Of a DNA stretch of 64,000 bases, positions 29,490-44,940 are shown one piece after another (the stretch's first letter is position 1; each line of letters opens with the position of its first letter). This stretch comes from the human T2T-CHM13v2.0 reference genome, Homo sapiens. Where the stretch lies: the NCBI RefSeq assembly GCF_009914755.1, contig NC_060932.1. One strand, given 5' to 3'. A program made the translations under genes and the position numbers. A model generated the notes under the pieces. The model saw only the letters and a program-made list of their open reading frames with translations. It did not search any database and was not told the origin of the DNA.

Positions 29490-29850
29490 AGTGAAGGAAG
29501 ATAAGGAGGACCCAGATGAAGAAGGAACCATTAAAGAAATTTGAGCAAGGAAATGAGGTTTGCACCTTAGTTTGATAGCATGTGGAAGGGCAGGCTTAGA
29601 GAGACAAGCCTGGAGCCAGGAAGAACAGCAAAGAAGCACCTGCTCAGGGGAAAGAGGTATGGATACTTGAACTAGGGGCAGCAGTGTTGATGGAAAGGAA
29701 CAAAGAAACTGGAAATTTAAGAATTTAGAATTGGTAAGGCTTGTATCTGATTAGATGGTGTGGAGCCAGGGAGTGTAAAAAAGCTAAAACAAACTGCTGG
29801 GTTTTTGGTTTGAAAATTTGGTAAGTGATAGTAGAATTCACCGAGCTATT
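29490..29850 (-). mobile_element. L2 fragment
   Basis: Degenerate antisense L2 motifs (GAACCATTAAAGAAATTTGAGCAAGGAA, GAACTAGGGGCAGCAGTG). Confidence 0.45.
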
Positions 29851-31439
29851 CCAAGTAGACCTTTCACTATCTCACTTTGTTGGCTAGTCCCACTCAGCAG
29901 TCCTAAGCAGATGTAGTTGCTTCTCACTCAACATATTTTACTTATAAATATATACATATACTTCTTATAAGGTCCTGGTGCCCCTTGAAGGCATCGAGAT
30001 ATTGCACAGGAATACATTAATAGAATACAGCTAACAGATCTATTTTGGAGCAAAAACCAATGAAGTTCAGTCACTATATCTACCTTATAATTTCACTTTG
30101 CATATAGTGCCCTTCTTGAACATTAGACTTAACTGTCATGGGACATTTGAATCAACTATATCAAAAATTGAGGGTAATATATATTTATTAAGGACTTATA
30201 TAAACAGCTAGGATTACAGAGGACAATTAGCCTTATGAGGACATGCCTAAGAGTAAGACAAACAAGGTTCCCCTCTGTATTAAATAACTTCCAGGGCCCT
30301 ACAATGCCTTATTATATTATATAAATGTAATTTACACTTTTAAGATCACAGTAACCTGAAAGTCAAAATAGGGTCAAAACTGAAACTAATATTTCTCCAG
30401 TTGAATGCTTCCCTGAACTAGAAGAATCTCAGCTTCACTCAAATTCCTCCCAAATAGTTTTGAGAGTCTCCAGATGTCTCACATCTACTTTACATACAAG
30501 TTCCCTCAGATCTCCTTCTCTCATGATCCCATTTCAGCTCTCTGTGGTGAATCTGATACCCCACTACTGATGCCAGGATCTACAATGGTTAAGGTTCCAC
30601 TGCCTGACAAACATGTTAGTGATACTGGTGCTTGCTGTTGTCTGCATTGAGGCTTCTGATATCTGTTACTGAGGATATTGAGGTTTACCCACAGAGAACT
30701 CTTGCCTGGTGCTGCTGAAGCTCTTCGTATACCATCTCCTCTGAACAGAGTCAACATATGACTTGTCTTCAATTATAGCCAAAGCTGTAAGTCCCAATAT
30801 CACTAATGCTTTTCTTTGAAGCTCTTAAATGCATTTAATTCTTAATGCATAGCAGTTCTATTTGACTGTACACCCTAGTACTCAAAATTGATTCTAAGAA
30901 AGCTGTATGGGAATACAAACTAAAACAATGAATGCTATACCACCTTAAGAACCAGTTGATCCCTCCATCCTTGGCCACTGTTCTTGAAAACAAAAGTGAA
31001 TTGACTCCCTTTTTCTCTAGAATGATTTGCTCCAGAACAAAGTTTAATTCTTTATGTATGAAGACCCATAATTGTTTCTATCACCCTGCCTACATATTCC
31101 TAACTAGTAAGGTAAATAAACTAAATTTAGGCTACATTTGAGAACTAAGCTACATATTTTACATGGGAACCACTAAAATTATCCTATACCATATTTTTTT
31201 TTAAAAAAATGAGTGTGGCCCTGAACTAAGAATAGGGTCTCTAAAAAATATGATTATAGACTCTCTTTCTCTAATTTGGTGTCTTAAATTTTTATTAATG
31301 ATTATGTTTTTGAGGGAGTCATTTGCTGCAATGAGAGACCACTCACATGGATCATTGAAAATCTTGTGAATGAGAAAAATAATAACGGATATGATATGCA
31401 TGGTACTACTGATTACAAGATAAAGTACCCATTTAACAA

Positions 31440-31603
31440 TCAGCATTCCTAGGGAGGATGTGAAGCCCTGAATTTTAGTGTTTGATGGTTTCTATGTAGT
31501 TTTGGTTAATTTTAAGCTATAATATGATATCACTGACCATGGAATAAGGAAGAGATGCTAAAAATAGGCTCTCATGATATGTGATGGCTCAGGCACACTA
31601 CTG
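31440..31603 (-). mobile_element. MER63-like DNA transposon fragment
   Basis: End GGCTCTCATGA...GGCTCAGGCACACTACTG resembles the MER63 terminal region. Confidence 0.4.
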
Positions 31604-31863
31604 ATTAAACCTTTTATATGAAGCTTTTAACATATCTATACTTTGGGGGAGATGCTTTTACCCATGGAATACCCACACCAATAATAAGCCAAGCCATGAT
31701 AGAAGTATCCTATATCTTATAGTATTTTACTGTAGAAGGTACCATTTTCTTGAAAGATAATTGCTCACCTTCTACCCTGAAGATAGCAATTGACTGCTCA
31801 AATTGTTGCTACGTGACAGCAAATAAATGGCAAACATCTATAGACCAGCTGATTGGTGCATAA

Positions 31864-32278
<415 letters not shown>

Positions 32279-32392
32279 AAGATATAAATTATTAACTGTA
32301 AGGTCCCCACTATTTGTGGGACAAAGGTTGCTTCCAGAAACCTAAAACATTTTCTGAAAAGTAAAAGCGGGTGACCATGTCATATTTCTTTT

Positions 32393-32885
<493 letters not shown>

Positions 32886-33559
32886 TGTCATATTTCTTTT
32901 ATATGACTCTCTTACTCAAAAATCACAGCTCAATTTTAGTCAGAGACAGCATAGACAAGTGAACAAATACATGGGGTAACAGAAAAATTTAGCTTTTAAA
33001 CATGGAATCATTTTTGTCTTCAAAATACAGGTTGAATGAGTAATCACGGAAGTGGGAGATGACATATAAAACTCTTAACTTTCTCTGACCAATTCTTTGT
33101 CCCATGGGAGCAGATGAGCCATGGGGGAAGTCATTGGCCTTGTGTTTCAAATAGGAGCTGAATAACACAGCCTGGGCTTGTTATGAGTTCACCTCCATTT
33201 CAGAGACTGACCTGAGGTAAACTGATTGGGAATTAGGATTTTCCTTCTATAAGCTGAAGTTTCTCTTGAACTATTCATATTTCAATCTTAAACTCCATAT
33301 CTTCCATGGGATGCCTTTAAGAAAAAAGAAAGTGGACAGCATCCTAGACACTGTGGCAATGGCGGGATGTTTTGGAATACACGTATCTTTCAAGTGTCAC
33401 TCAAATATCACTTGAAAAACAATTTTAAAACTATTTTAATCAAGATTAGTTTCCCACAGAGTTATAATACACCATACCCCCCCAGTGACATATGTAAAGA
33501 CTCAGCACCAAAAATAATTTCCTCACAAGGATGGAATTTTTTGTCTTTTTTTTCCAGGT

Positions 33560-34290
33560 GTACCATGACTGGTCCATATTTCCTTTCCTTCCACCTCTCT
33601 AGAAATAACCACTATTCTCATTTTGAGTTTTATCATCCCTTAGTATATTTTTGTAATTTTACTACATATATACTTAGAAAACCAGATGCTCTACACATTT
33701 AAACACTCTCACATGCATATATAGAATACCAAATAATACACAGAATCCAGTACTTCCTTTATTGCTCAAAATTATGACAATACATGTAGCTCTAGTTAAT
33801 TTAACTACAGCTTCATATGATATTGCTAACTAGAACACAACTTATGTTTCTTACCATTCTCTGGTTTTTAGGTTGCATCCAATATTTTGTTACTCTACCT
33901 AAAGAACATTCTTATCTGTGCCTCATTGTACACATGTGGAGAATTTTTTCTAGAGCAGATGCTAGAAAAAAAAATTGTTCAGTTATAGAGGCTCCTCATT
34001 TCCAAATTCATTACACTGTGAAACATTAATTTTCAAATTGTTTATATAATGTGTCCTCTTATCAGCAGCAATTGCTCTATATTCTCATCAACATTTAGGA
34101 TTGTCAGACTTGTAATTAATGCCAATCAACCAGATGTATAACAATAGCTTATTATTGTCCGAATGTGTACTTCGCTGATTACTAGTGAGGTTGAGCATAT
34201 TTTTATGACTTGGCATTGAGTTATGTTCTTACATAGCCTGCCTTTTATAGCTTTTGTACATTGCTCTATCGCAATTTTTTTATTGAGACT
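33560..34290 (-). mobile_element. Old L1ME fragment
   Basis: Antisense L1 3' motifs (CTGATTACTAGTGAGGTTGAGCATATTTT). Confidence 0.6.
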
Positions 34291-34381
34291 TTATTTTCTA
34301 TTCCTTTTATTTTTAATTCACTCCTTTTATTTTTAATTCACACATAATTGTACTAATTTATGAGATACAGAGTAATATTTT

Positions 34382-34745
<364 letters not shown>

Positions 34746-34997
34746 TTATGGTAGTTAGCATATCTATCACCTTGAATATTTATCATTTTGTTGTTATGAA
34801 CATTCATTTAGCTTTTTGAAAATAAACACTAAATTGTGGCTAACCATAATTACCCTATAGTGCTATAAAACACTAGAACTTATTTATCCTGTCTGGCTGT
34901 AATTTTATATTTATTAACCAACCTCTTTCCATCGTCCTGTCTTCCCTACACTTTGCAGCCTCTAATAACCACTATTCTACTCTCTGTTTCTGTGACC

Positions 34998-35156
34998 ACC
35001 TTTTTTCCTTCTTTTCCTTTCTTCCTTCCCCGCCTTCCCCTTCCCCTTCCTTCCTTCTCTCCTCCCTCCCTCTCTGTCTCTCTCTCTCCCTCTTTCTTTC
35101 TTTCTTCCTTCCCTTTCTTTCTTTCCTTCTTTCTTTCTCTCTCTCTCTTTCTTTCT
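34998..35156. repeat. Polypyrimidine (CTTT/CCTT/CT) tract
   Basis: Directly visible, within the L1MA 3'UTR. Confidence 0.9.
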
Positions 35157-37962
35157 GTTCCCACATATGCAAGAGAACATGTAACATTTCTCTTTCTGCA
35201 CTTGACTCATTTCACTTAACATATTGCCTTCTGGGCTTATCCATGCTGCTGCAAATAACAATATTTTATAATTATTTCTGGCTAAATAATATTCCTCTCT
35301 GTATATATACAACAATTTCTTTATCCATTCATCTGTTGATGAACATTTAGTTTCACTCTGTGTCTTGACAGTTGTGAATAGAGTTGCAATAAACATGGAG
35401 ATGCAGCTATCTCCTCAATATACTAATTTCCCTTCCTTTGGATAAATATCCAGTAGTAGGATTGCTGGTTCATGTGGTAGTTCATTTTTTGTTTTTTTGA
35501 GAAATGTTTATACTGTTTCCCATAATGGTATACTAATTTGTGCTTCCACCAACAGTTTATGAGAATACCCTTTTCTTCACATCCTAACCAGCATTTGTTA
35601 GTTTTGTCTTTTCTGACAGGAATATTTTTGTCTTTTTAATGATAGCCATTATAACTCAAGTGAGATGATATTTCATTGTACTTTTCATTTGTATTTCCCT
35701 GATTATTAGTGATGTTGAGCTTTTTAAAAAACATATACTTGTTGGCTGTTTGAATGCAGTTTTTGTGTTTTGTGTGACTATTTTTAAATCCAATTGTTTC
35801 CTTGCTGTTTGTTCCTTTTAGTTCCTTGAATATTATGGATGTTAGTCCCTTGTTGGGTAATTAGTTTATATATATTTTCTTCCATTCTACAGGTTGTCTC
35901 TTCACTCTATTGATTGTTTCCTTTGCTTGTCAGGAAGCTTTTTACTTTGATACGGTCCCATTGGTATAATTTAATTTTGTTGCCTGTGCTTTTGAAGTCT
36001 TCATTATAAAACCTTCGCCTGGACCAACACCCTAAAGCATTTCTCCTATGCTTTCTCCTAACAGCTTTATATTTTGGGATTTTTACATTTAAGTCTTTAG
36101 CCAATTTTGAGTTAATTTTTGTGTATGGTGGGAGGTAGGGGTATTGTATTATCCTTCTGCATGTGGATATCCAGTTTTACAAGCACAATTTATTGAATAG
36201 ACAACGTTAATGTTAATTTTCCCAGTTAATGTTCTTGGCACCATTGTCAAAAGTCAGTTGGCTGTAAATACAATAATTTATTTCCAGGTTATTCATTCTA
36301 TTCCATTTGTCTATCTGTCTGTTTTTATACAAACACCATGCTGTTTGATTACTAGAGCTTTGTAGTATATTTTGAAGTCTGGTAGTGTGATCCCTCCAGT
36401 TTTGTTCTTTTGCTCAAGACTACTTTGGCTATTTGGGATCTTTTGTGGTTCCATATGACTTTTAGTATTTGTTTTCCTATTTCTGTGAAGAATATCAATG
36501 CTATCTTAACAGGAATTGCCTTGAATCTACAGATTGCTTTGGGAAGTATAGTGACTTTAACCATTTAATTCTTCCAATTCATGAGCATGAGATATATTTC
36601 CATATTGTTGTGTCCTCTTCAACTTCTTTTAACAGTATTTTGTAGTTTACCTTGTAAAGATCTTTTATCTCCTTAGTTAGATCTATTTCTAGGTTTGTTT
36701 TTTTTTTTTTTTGCAGCTGTTGTGAATGAGATTGCTTTCTTGATTTTTTTAGATAGTTAATATTGATGTAAAGAAATGCCACTAATTTTTGTATGTTGGT
36801 TTTGTATTCTGCAACTTTACTGAATTTGTTTATCATTCTATGAGTATTTTAGTTGAGTCTCTAGATTTTTCTATGTATAAGATTATGTAGTTTATGAAAG
36901 GGGACAATTTGACTACATCTTTTCCAAATTCTTAGCCCTTTATTTCTTTCTCTGGTCTAATTGTTCTGGCTAGGATTTCTCATACGATGTTGAGTAAGAG
37001 TGGTGAAAGTGAGAATCCTTGTCTTGTTTCAGTCATTAGAGGAAAGGCTCTCAGCTTTTCTCCATTCAGTATGAGTTAGCTGTCAGTTTCTCATATATGG
37101 CCTTTATTGTGTAGAGGTATGTGTCTTTAATACCTAATTTGTTGAGAGTTTTTATCATGAAGGGGTATTGAATTTTATTTAATGTTTTTTGTCTCTATTG
37201 AGATGATAATATAGTTTTTGTTCTTAATTCTGTTGATGCAATGTATCACATTTATTTATTTTCTTATGTTGAACCATCCTTGCATTTCTGAGATAAATCC
37301 CATTTGATTATGGTGTATTATCTTTTTGATGTGTTGCTTTGTTTGTATTTTGTAGCATAGATATTTGCATCTATGTTCATCAAGGATATTGTCTTATAGT
37401 TTCCTTTTTTTTTTTTTTGTCTGTTCTTATCTGGTGTAGGTATCAGGGTAATGCTACTCTCATGGAATGAGTTAGGAATAATTCCTTCTTCAATTTTTGA
37501 AAATTGCTTGAGAATAATTTTTGTTACTTCTTTTTTAAAAAGATTGGTAAAATTCAGTAGTAAAGCCATCAGTCCTGGGCTTTCTTTTGTTGAACGACTT
37601 TCTGTTACTGATTCAATCTCATTACTTTTCATTGCTTGTTCAAGTTTTCTATTTCTTCCTAGTTCAATCTTGGCATATTTTATGGTCCCAAGAATTTACC
37701 CATTCCCTCCAGGGTTTCCAATTTGTTGGTGTATAATTCTTCATAACAGTCTCTAATTATCCTTTGTATTTCTATGGTATCAGTTGTAATGTCTCCTTCT
37801 TCAAATCCAATTTTGTTTATTTTGGTCTTTTCTTCTTAATTCTTCTAGCTTGTAGTTTTTCAATTTTGTTTATGTCTGCAAATAAAACAACTTTTCATTT
37901 TGTTAATCTATTCCATTTTTTACTTCTAATTATTTAGTTATTTGATCTTTATTATTTCTTTC

Positions 37963-40900
37963 CTTTCAAATTTCAACTTTTATTTTAAAAACAAAGGGTA
38001 TATATGCAAGTTTGTTAAATGGGTATATTGCATGATGCTGAGGTTTGGAGTATGGATCCTGTCACCCAGGTAGTCAGCATAGTTCCTAATAGGTAGTTTT
38101 TTAAACTATGTCCCCATGTCTTCCTCCCCCTCTACTAGTCTACAGTGTCTATTTTTCCCATGCTCACATCCATGTGTGCTCAGTTTTTAGTTCTCACTTG
38201 TAAGTGAGAACATGCAGTATTTGGTTTTCCATTTCTGCATTAATTCTCTTAGGATAATGGCCTCCAGTTCTACTCATGTTGCTGTAAGGAGACATGGTTT
38301 TATTCTTTCTTATGGCTGCATCGTATTTCACGGTATATATGTGCCATATTTTCTTTATCCAATCCATCATTTATAGTCACCTAAGTTGCTTCCATGTCTT
38401 TGCTTTGTGAATGATGTGGCAATGAGCACATGAGTGCATGTGTCTTTTTGGTAGAATGATATATTTTCCTTTGGGTATGTATGCAATATGGGATTGCTGG
38501 GTCAAATGGTAGCACTGTTTTAAGTTCTTTGAGAAATCTCCAAACTGATTTCCACAGTGTCTGGATTAATATACATTCCCACCAGGATTGTATAAGCATT
38601 CTTTTTTCTTCACAGCCTTGTCAGCGATGATTTTCATGTTTTTAAACATAGCCATTCTGATTAGCATGAGGTTTTATGTCATTGTGGTTCTGATTTACAT
38701 TTATCTGACAATTAGTGATGATGAGCATTTTTTCATATTTTTGTTGGCCACTTGTATGTCTTGTTTTGAGAAATGTCTGTTCATGTCCTTTGAGCATTTT
38801 TAATGGGTTATTTATTTTTTCATGTTTAACTGTTTAAGGTCCTTATATATTCTTGATATTAGACCTTTGTCAGATGCATAGTTTGTGAAAATATTTTGCC
38901 ATTCTGTCAATTATCTGTTTAATCTGTTACTAGTTTCATTTGCTGTTCAGAAGCTCTATAATTTAATTATGTCCCACTCATAAATTTCTTGCTTTTGTTG
39001 CAATTGTTTTTGCTAACTTAGCCAAAAATTATTTGGCAAGGTCAATGTTGAGAAAGATATTTCCAGGATTTTCTTCTAAGATTTTTATGGCTTGACATTT
39101 AAACTGTAATGTAAAACATTTAAATCTTTAATCCTTTAATCCATCTTGAGTTACTTTTTACATGTGGTGAAAGATAGGATTCCAGGTTCATTCTTCTGCC
39201 TATGGCTAGCCAGTTGTCTCAGCACCATTTATTGAATAAAGGGTCCTTTCGTCATTGCTTATTTTCATTGGCCTTGTCAAATATCATATGGTTGCTGGTA
39301 TATGGCTTTATTTCCGAGTTTTCTATTCTGTTCCATTGGTTTACGTGACTATTTTTGTACCAGTACCATGCTGTTTTGGTTACAGTAGCCCTATAGTATA
39401 GTCGAAGTTGGGTTGTGTGATGCCTCCGACTTTGTTCTTTTCACTTAAGATTGTTTTGGTTATTGAGGCTCTTTTTTGTTTCATATGAATTTTAGAATAG
39501 TTTATTCTAATTATGTGCAGAATGACATTGGTAGTTCAATAGGAGTAATGTTGAATATATAAATGGTTTTGGGCTGTATGGCCATTTTAACAATATTCTT
39601 CCAATGCACGAGCATGAAATTTTTTTTTCATTTATTTGTGTTTTCTCTGATCTTTCAACAGTGTTTTATAGTTCTTGCAGATATCTTTCACATTTTTGGT
39701 TGGCTGTATTCCCAAGTATTTCATTATCTCTATGGGTATTGCAAATGGAATTGTGTACTTAATTTTGATTCTCACTCTATACGTTATTGTTGTATAAAAA
39801 TGCTATGAATTAATATACATTGATTTTATATCCTGAAATGTTACTAAAGTAATTTATCAGTTGCAGGATTTTGGCAGAGTATTTAGGGTTTTCTAGATAT
39901 TCAATCATATTGTCAGTGAAGAGAAATAGTTTGACTTCTTATTTTCCTATTTGGTTGCCTTTTATTTCTTTGTCTTGCCTGATTACTCTGGCTAGGACTT
40001 CTAGTAAGATGTTAAACAGGAGTGGTGAGAGTGGGCATCCTTACCTTGTTCCAGTTTTCAAAGGGGAATATTTCCAGCTTTTGCCCTTTCAGTGTGATGT
40101 TGGCTGTGTGTTTGTCATGGATGTCTCATTATTTTGAGATATTTTTCTTTGATGCCTAGTCTGTGGAGAGCTTTTATTGAACGTTTGTTGGATTTTATTG
40201 AAATTCTTTTTTGTGTCTATTGAGATAATCAGATGGTTTTTGCTTTTAATTCTCTTTATGTGGTGAATCAAGTTATTAATTTGCCTATGTTGAACCAGGC
40301 TTGCATCCCAGTAATAATGCCCAGTAGAATCAAATAATTCTATTTGATCATAGTGTATTAACTTTTTGATGTGCTGCTGAATTTGGTTTGTTAGTATTTT
40401 ATTGAGGATTTTTGTGTCTATGTTTATTGTTTATCAGGTATATTGGCCGAATTTTTTTCTTTTTTCATTGTATCTTTGGCAGATTTTGGTATCAGGCTGA
40501 TGCTGGTTTTATAGAATGCATTAGGGAGGAGCCCCTTCTGTTTTTATTTTTTGGAATGATTTCACTAGGATTGGTACCAGTTCTTCTTTGTACAACTGGT
40601 AGAAATTGACTATGAATTCACTGGTCCAAGGTTGCTTGGGGTTGGTAGGTATTTTTTTATTGATTCAATTTTGGAACTTATTATTGGTCTGTTTAGGTTT
40701 TCACTTTTTTCCCAGTTCAATCTTGGGAGATTTAGTATTTCCAGGAATTTTTTCATTTCCTCTAGATTTTCTAATTTGTTTGGGGAGAGTTTTCATAGTT
40801 ATCCTGCTGTTGTTATGTGTCTGTTTAAATCTTTTTGTAGGTCAAGAAAAACTCGTTATATGAATCTGTGTGCTCTAATGTTGGCTTTGTATATATTTAG

Positions 40901-43654
40901 GATATTTAAGACTTCTTGTTGGATTTTACTCCTCATTATCCAATGCTCTTCTTTGTTATTGGTTTAAATGGTATTCTTTATCCTTTTTGTTATTGGTTTA
41001 AATGGTTTTATATGGTAGAAGAATAGTGATTCCCGATATCTTTTGTTTCCCGTTTGCATGATAGATCGTTCTCCTTTCCTTTCCTTCAGCCAGTGAGTGT
41101 CATTACATGTGAGGTGGGTCTCTTGAAGACAAAAAACAGTTGGGTATTGCCTTTTTCCAGCTTGCCATTGTTATGTATTTTAATTGGGATGTTTAGCCCA
41201 TTTACATTCAGGGTTAGTATTGATATGTGAGATTTTGAATCTGTCATTGTGCTGTTAGCTGGTTGTTGTGTAGACTTGATTGTATAGTTGTTTTATAGTG
41301 CCTGTGGGCTATGTGCTTAAATATGCTTTCATGGTAGCAGGTGTCATTCTTCCAATTCCATGTTTAGCATCCTATTAAGGCCCTCTTATAAGGCTGATCT
41401 AATTGAAACAAATTCCCTCAGTGTTTGAGTGTCTCAAAAAGATCTTATTTCTCCTTCATTTATACAGCTTTGTTTGGTGGCACATGAAATTATGGGTTGA
41501 AATTTCTTTATCTTAAGGATGCTGAAAGTAGGCCCCCAATTTCTTCTGTTTTATAAGGTTTCTACTGAGAGGTTCACTGCTAGCCTGATGGGATTTCCCT
41601 GTAGGTGACCTGACCTTTCTCTCTAGCTGCCTCTAAGATTTTTTGTTTTGCATTGACTTTGGTGAAGCTGATGACTATGTTCCTTGGGGTGGTCATTACT
41701 GTATAGTTTCTAGCAGGGGTTCTCTGTATTTCTTAAATTTGCATGTTAACCTCTCTAGTGATATTAGAGAAATTTTCATGGCTATAACCACAAATATATT
41801 TTCTAAGTTGTTTATTCTCTCCCCTCTCCCACTAATTCCAATGAGTTATTTATTTGGTCTTTTTACATAATCCCATAGATTTGAGAGTATTTGTTCATTC
41901 TTAAAATTCTTTTTTTTTAAACTTTATTTTTGTCTGACTGAGTTGATTCAAATTAGTAACCTTCAAGCACTGAGATTCTTTTCTCAGCTTGGTCAATTCC
42001 GCTGTTAATACTGCTGATTGCATTATGAAATTAATATAGTGAATTTCTCAGCTCTAGAAGTTCAATTTGGTTCTCTCTTAAAATGACTGTTTTGTCTTTC
42101 AGCTCCTGAATCATTTTACTACTTTCCTTGATATCCTTTGATTGAGTGTCAACTTTCTACTTAGTACTGATGAGCTTCCTTGCCATCCAGATTCTGAATT
42201 CTATGTCTGTCATTTCAGAGATTTTAGACTGGTTAAGAAATCATTGCTGGGAGCTAGTAGACTCATTTGGAGGTAAGGGGACACTCTGGCTTTTTGAATT
42301 GCCAGAGTTCTTGTGTTGATTCTCATCTCAGTAGGTTTGTGTTCCTTTAACTCAGCTGTAAGTTTACTCAGTTGGCTTCATTTCCAGAATGTTTTAAGAG
42401 GGGCAAGGCTCTGTATGTTAAGAGGGGCAAGACTCTGTATGTCCATGGTCTTTGTTTGTGGCTGAATTATGCTCTTGGTTTCACAGGGGAGGGTTAGCAA
42501 AATATTTTGGTGTTGTAGTTTGAATTACTATCCAGTAGATGGCACATAAGTGTCATGGGCAGTAGATAGGCTCTTAGCCTTGCAGCTCCTTTGTATTGAT
42601 TTTCAGCAATGCTCTTAGACGTAGGAGGGAGAGAGGTGACTCCTTCACCAAGTCTGCTCCTGGGACTTGGCAGAGTCGCCTTTTATAACTGGCACTGAGC
42701 TGGTATTTCTTTTGTTAAGTGTTCTGGGCCACAGGGTGACCTTGGGCAGGGGCCATGGCAAGCAGATAGGACACCTTCCTGGACTGGCCCTGTAGAGAGA
42801 GGCATGTCCTGCTTCCATGCCAAACCATGAACCCACATGTCTCACCCCTGTCAGTGTCTGAGAGCATGGTGTACTCCCCAGCTTGTGTACCAGCCACAGA
42901 TCTCAGCTCAGCACTCCTGAGCCGTGTGTCACAGTCCTAGGGTACCAGGATCAGCTTGTGGCTCCATCTTCCAGACCCTCAGGATCAGGTTCCAGGTGCC
43001 TTCAGGGATCTGATGTGCTGTCAGGCCACCAGGAATGTAACCAGGTGGAGGGAAGCACCCAGGCTGGCCAGCAGAAGCTGCACTATGCACATGTTTCTGT
43101 GGACTGGCCAGGCAGGGGCCCTGGAAGGAAGTGATGGACAGAAGGGCCTGCAGAACAGTCATACCCCAGTCCTACAGGGGATCTGGCCCTGTTTTCTCCT
43201 GGCCCAGTGGTTTAGCTGGGGCTAGAGCTTCTCAGAGGGAGATATAGAGCCCAGGGGATGGGTGCCTATTGGCACAAAGGACCTCAGTTTAATGCTGGGT
43301 GAAACCATGTCTCTGTCTACTCTCCAGGCAGAGCCTCCTGCCAGCTCAAACATCCGTAGGGGAAATCAGGTCCTCTGTAACCAGTCTCTCTGAGGTCCAT
43401 GTCATGAGTGGGCAGTCCTTTAACTCACCATTTCCTCAGGAGCTGTTTGGGGCCAGGAACTAGCTCTAGCATTCAGGTACCCCATGAAGGGTTGCCAGCT
43501 TCCTCCCTCTTCAGCCTCAGTGTCTGCATCTGCATCATGTCTCCATTCTCAACATTTTCTCTTTGCAGATCTGTTCAAATTATGTTGTCTACTCAAATTT
43601 TTGGACTCTCTGGTGGGAGCAGTGCTTCCTGGCTGCATCTGGTTGGCCATCTTT
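37963..43654 (-). mobile_element. Near full-length older L1PA (L1PA13-16-like) with internal ORF2 deletion
   Basis: 3'UTR at 37963; decayed ORF2/ORF1; GC-richer 5'UTR ending in GGCCATCTT (reverse complement of the AAGATGGCC YY1 site) near 43653; discontinuity in ORF2 near 40800. Confidence 0.85.
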
Positions 43655-44208
43655 ACTAATTCTTTTCCTCTACTTATTTTAGGTGTGGTTTGTTCTTGTG
43701 TTCTAGTTTTTTGAGATTCCTCTTTAAATTACTTAGTGAAAATCTTTCTCCTTTTGGTCATAGGCATTTATTGCTTTAAGCTCACCTCTTAATACTGCTT
43801 TTGCTGTGTCCCATAGATGTTTGTGTGCTATGTTTCTATTTTCATTTGTTTCAATGAGTTTTTAAAATTCCAGTTTTAATTTCTTTCTTTACCCACTGAT
43901 CATTCAGTTGCGTGTTGTTTAGTTTTTATATATTTGCATATTTTTGAATGTTCCTTTTGTTGTTGATGTTTAGTTTTATTCCATTGTGGTCAGATAACAT
44001 ACTTGTTATGATTATAATTTTTGTATATTTGTAGAGACCTGCTGTGTGGTCTAACATGTGGTCTATCCTAAATAATGATTCATGTGATCAAGAGAAGAAT
44101 TTGTATTCTGTAGCTTTTGGATAAAATGTTCTGTAAATGTCTGTAAGGTTCATTTTGTCTACAGTGCAATTTAACTTCAGTGTTTCTTGGTTGATTTTCT
44201 GTCCAGAT

Positions 44209-44940
44209 CAGTGGTCCTCAACCTTTTTGGTGCCAGGACTGGTTTCATGGAAGACAATTTTTCCACGGACCAGGGAGTCAGGAAAGGATGGTTCTGGGAT
44301 GAAACTGTTCCATCTCAGATCATCAGGCATTAGTTAGTATATTAGCCCATTTTCACACTGCTACAGCGAGCTGCCCGAGACTGGAAAATTTGTAAAGGAA
44401 AGAGGTTTAATTGACTCACAGTTCAGTATGGCTGGGGAGACCTCAGAAAACTTACAATCCTGGGGGAAGGCAAAGGAGAAGCAAGGCACCTTCTTTACAA
44501 GGCAGCAGGAAGGAGAATGAACACAGGCGGAGCTATCAAACACTTATAAAACCATCAGATCTCATGAGAACTTACTATCACTAGAATAGCATGCGGGAAA
44601 CTACCTCCATGATTCAATGACCTCCAGCTGGTCTCTCCCTTGACATGTCATGATTATGGGGATTATAATTCAAGATGAGATTTGGGTGGGGACACAAAGC
44701 CTAAACATATCAGCTAGATTCTCATAAGGTGAACACAACCTAGATCCCTCACATGCACAGTTCACGGTAAGGTTCTTGCTCCTATGAGAATCTAATGCTG
44801 CTGCTGATCTGACAGGAGGTGGAGCTCAGGCCATAATGCTTCCTTGTCCTGCCGCTCTCCTCCTGCTGTTCACCTGGATTACAAACAGGCCATGGACCAT
44901 AACTGGTCAGGGTCTGCAGCCTGGGGCTTGGGGACCCCTG
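44209..44940 (+). mobile_element. MER1B hAT DNA transposon (split by THE1D)
   Basis: TIRs CAGTGGTCCTCAACC / GGCTTGGGGACCCCTG; degenerate 8-bp TSD GTCCAGAT / TTCTAGAT. Confidence 0.85.
44338..44712 (-). mobile_element. THE1D-like solo LTR
   Basis: THE1 termini; TSD GTTAG (44333-44337) / GCTAG (44713-44717). Confidence 0.88.

Noticed and set aside
30500-30790. GC-richer unique patch and 83-aa ORF as an exon
   Set aside because: No recognisable domain, weak splice signals, and stops in the plus-strand frames.
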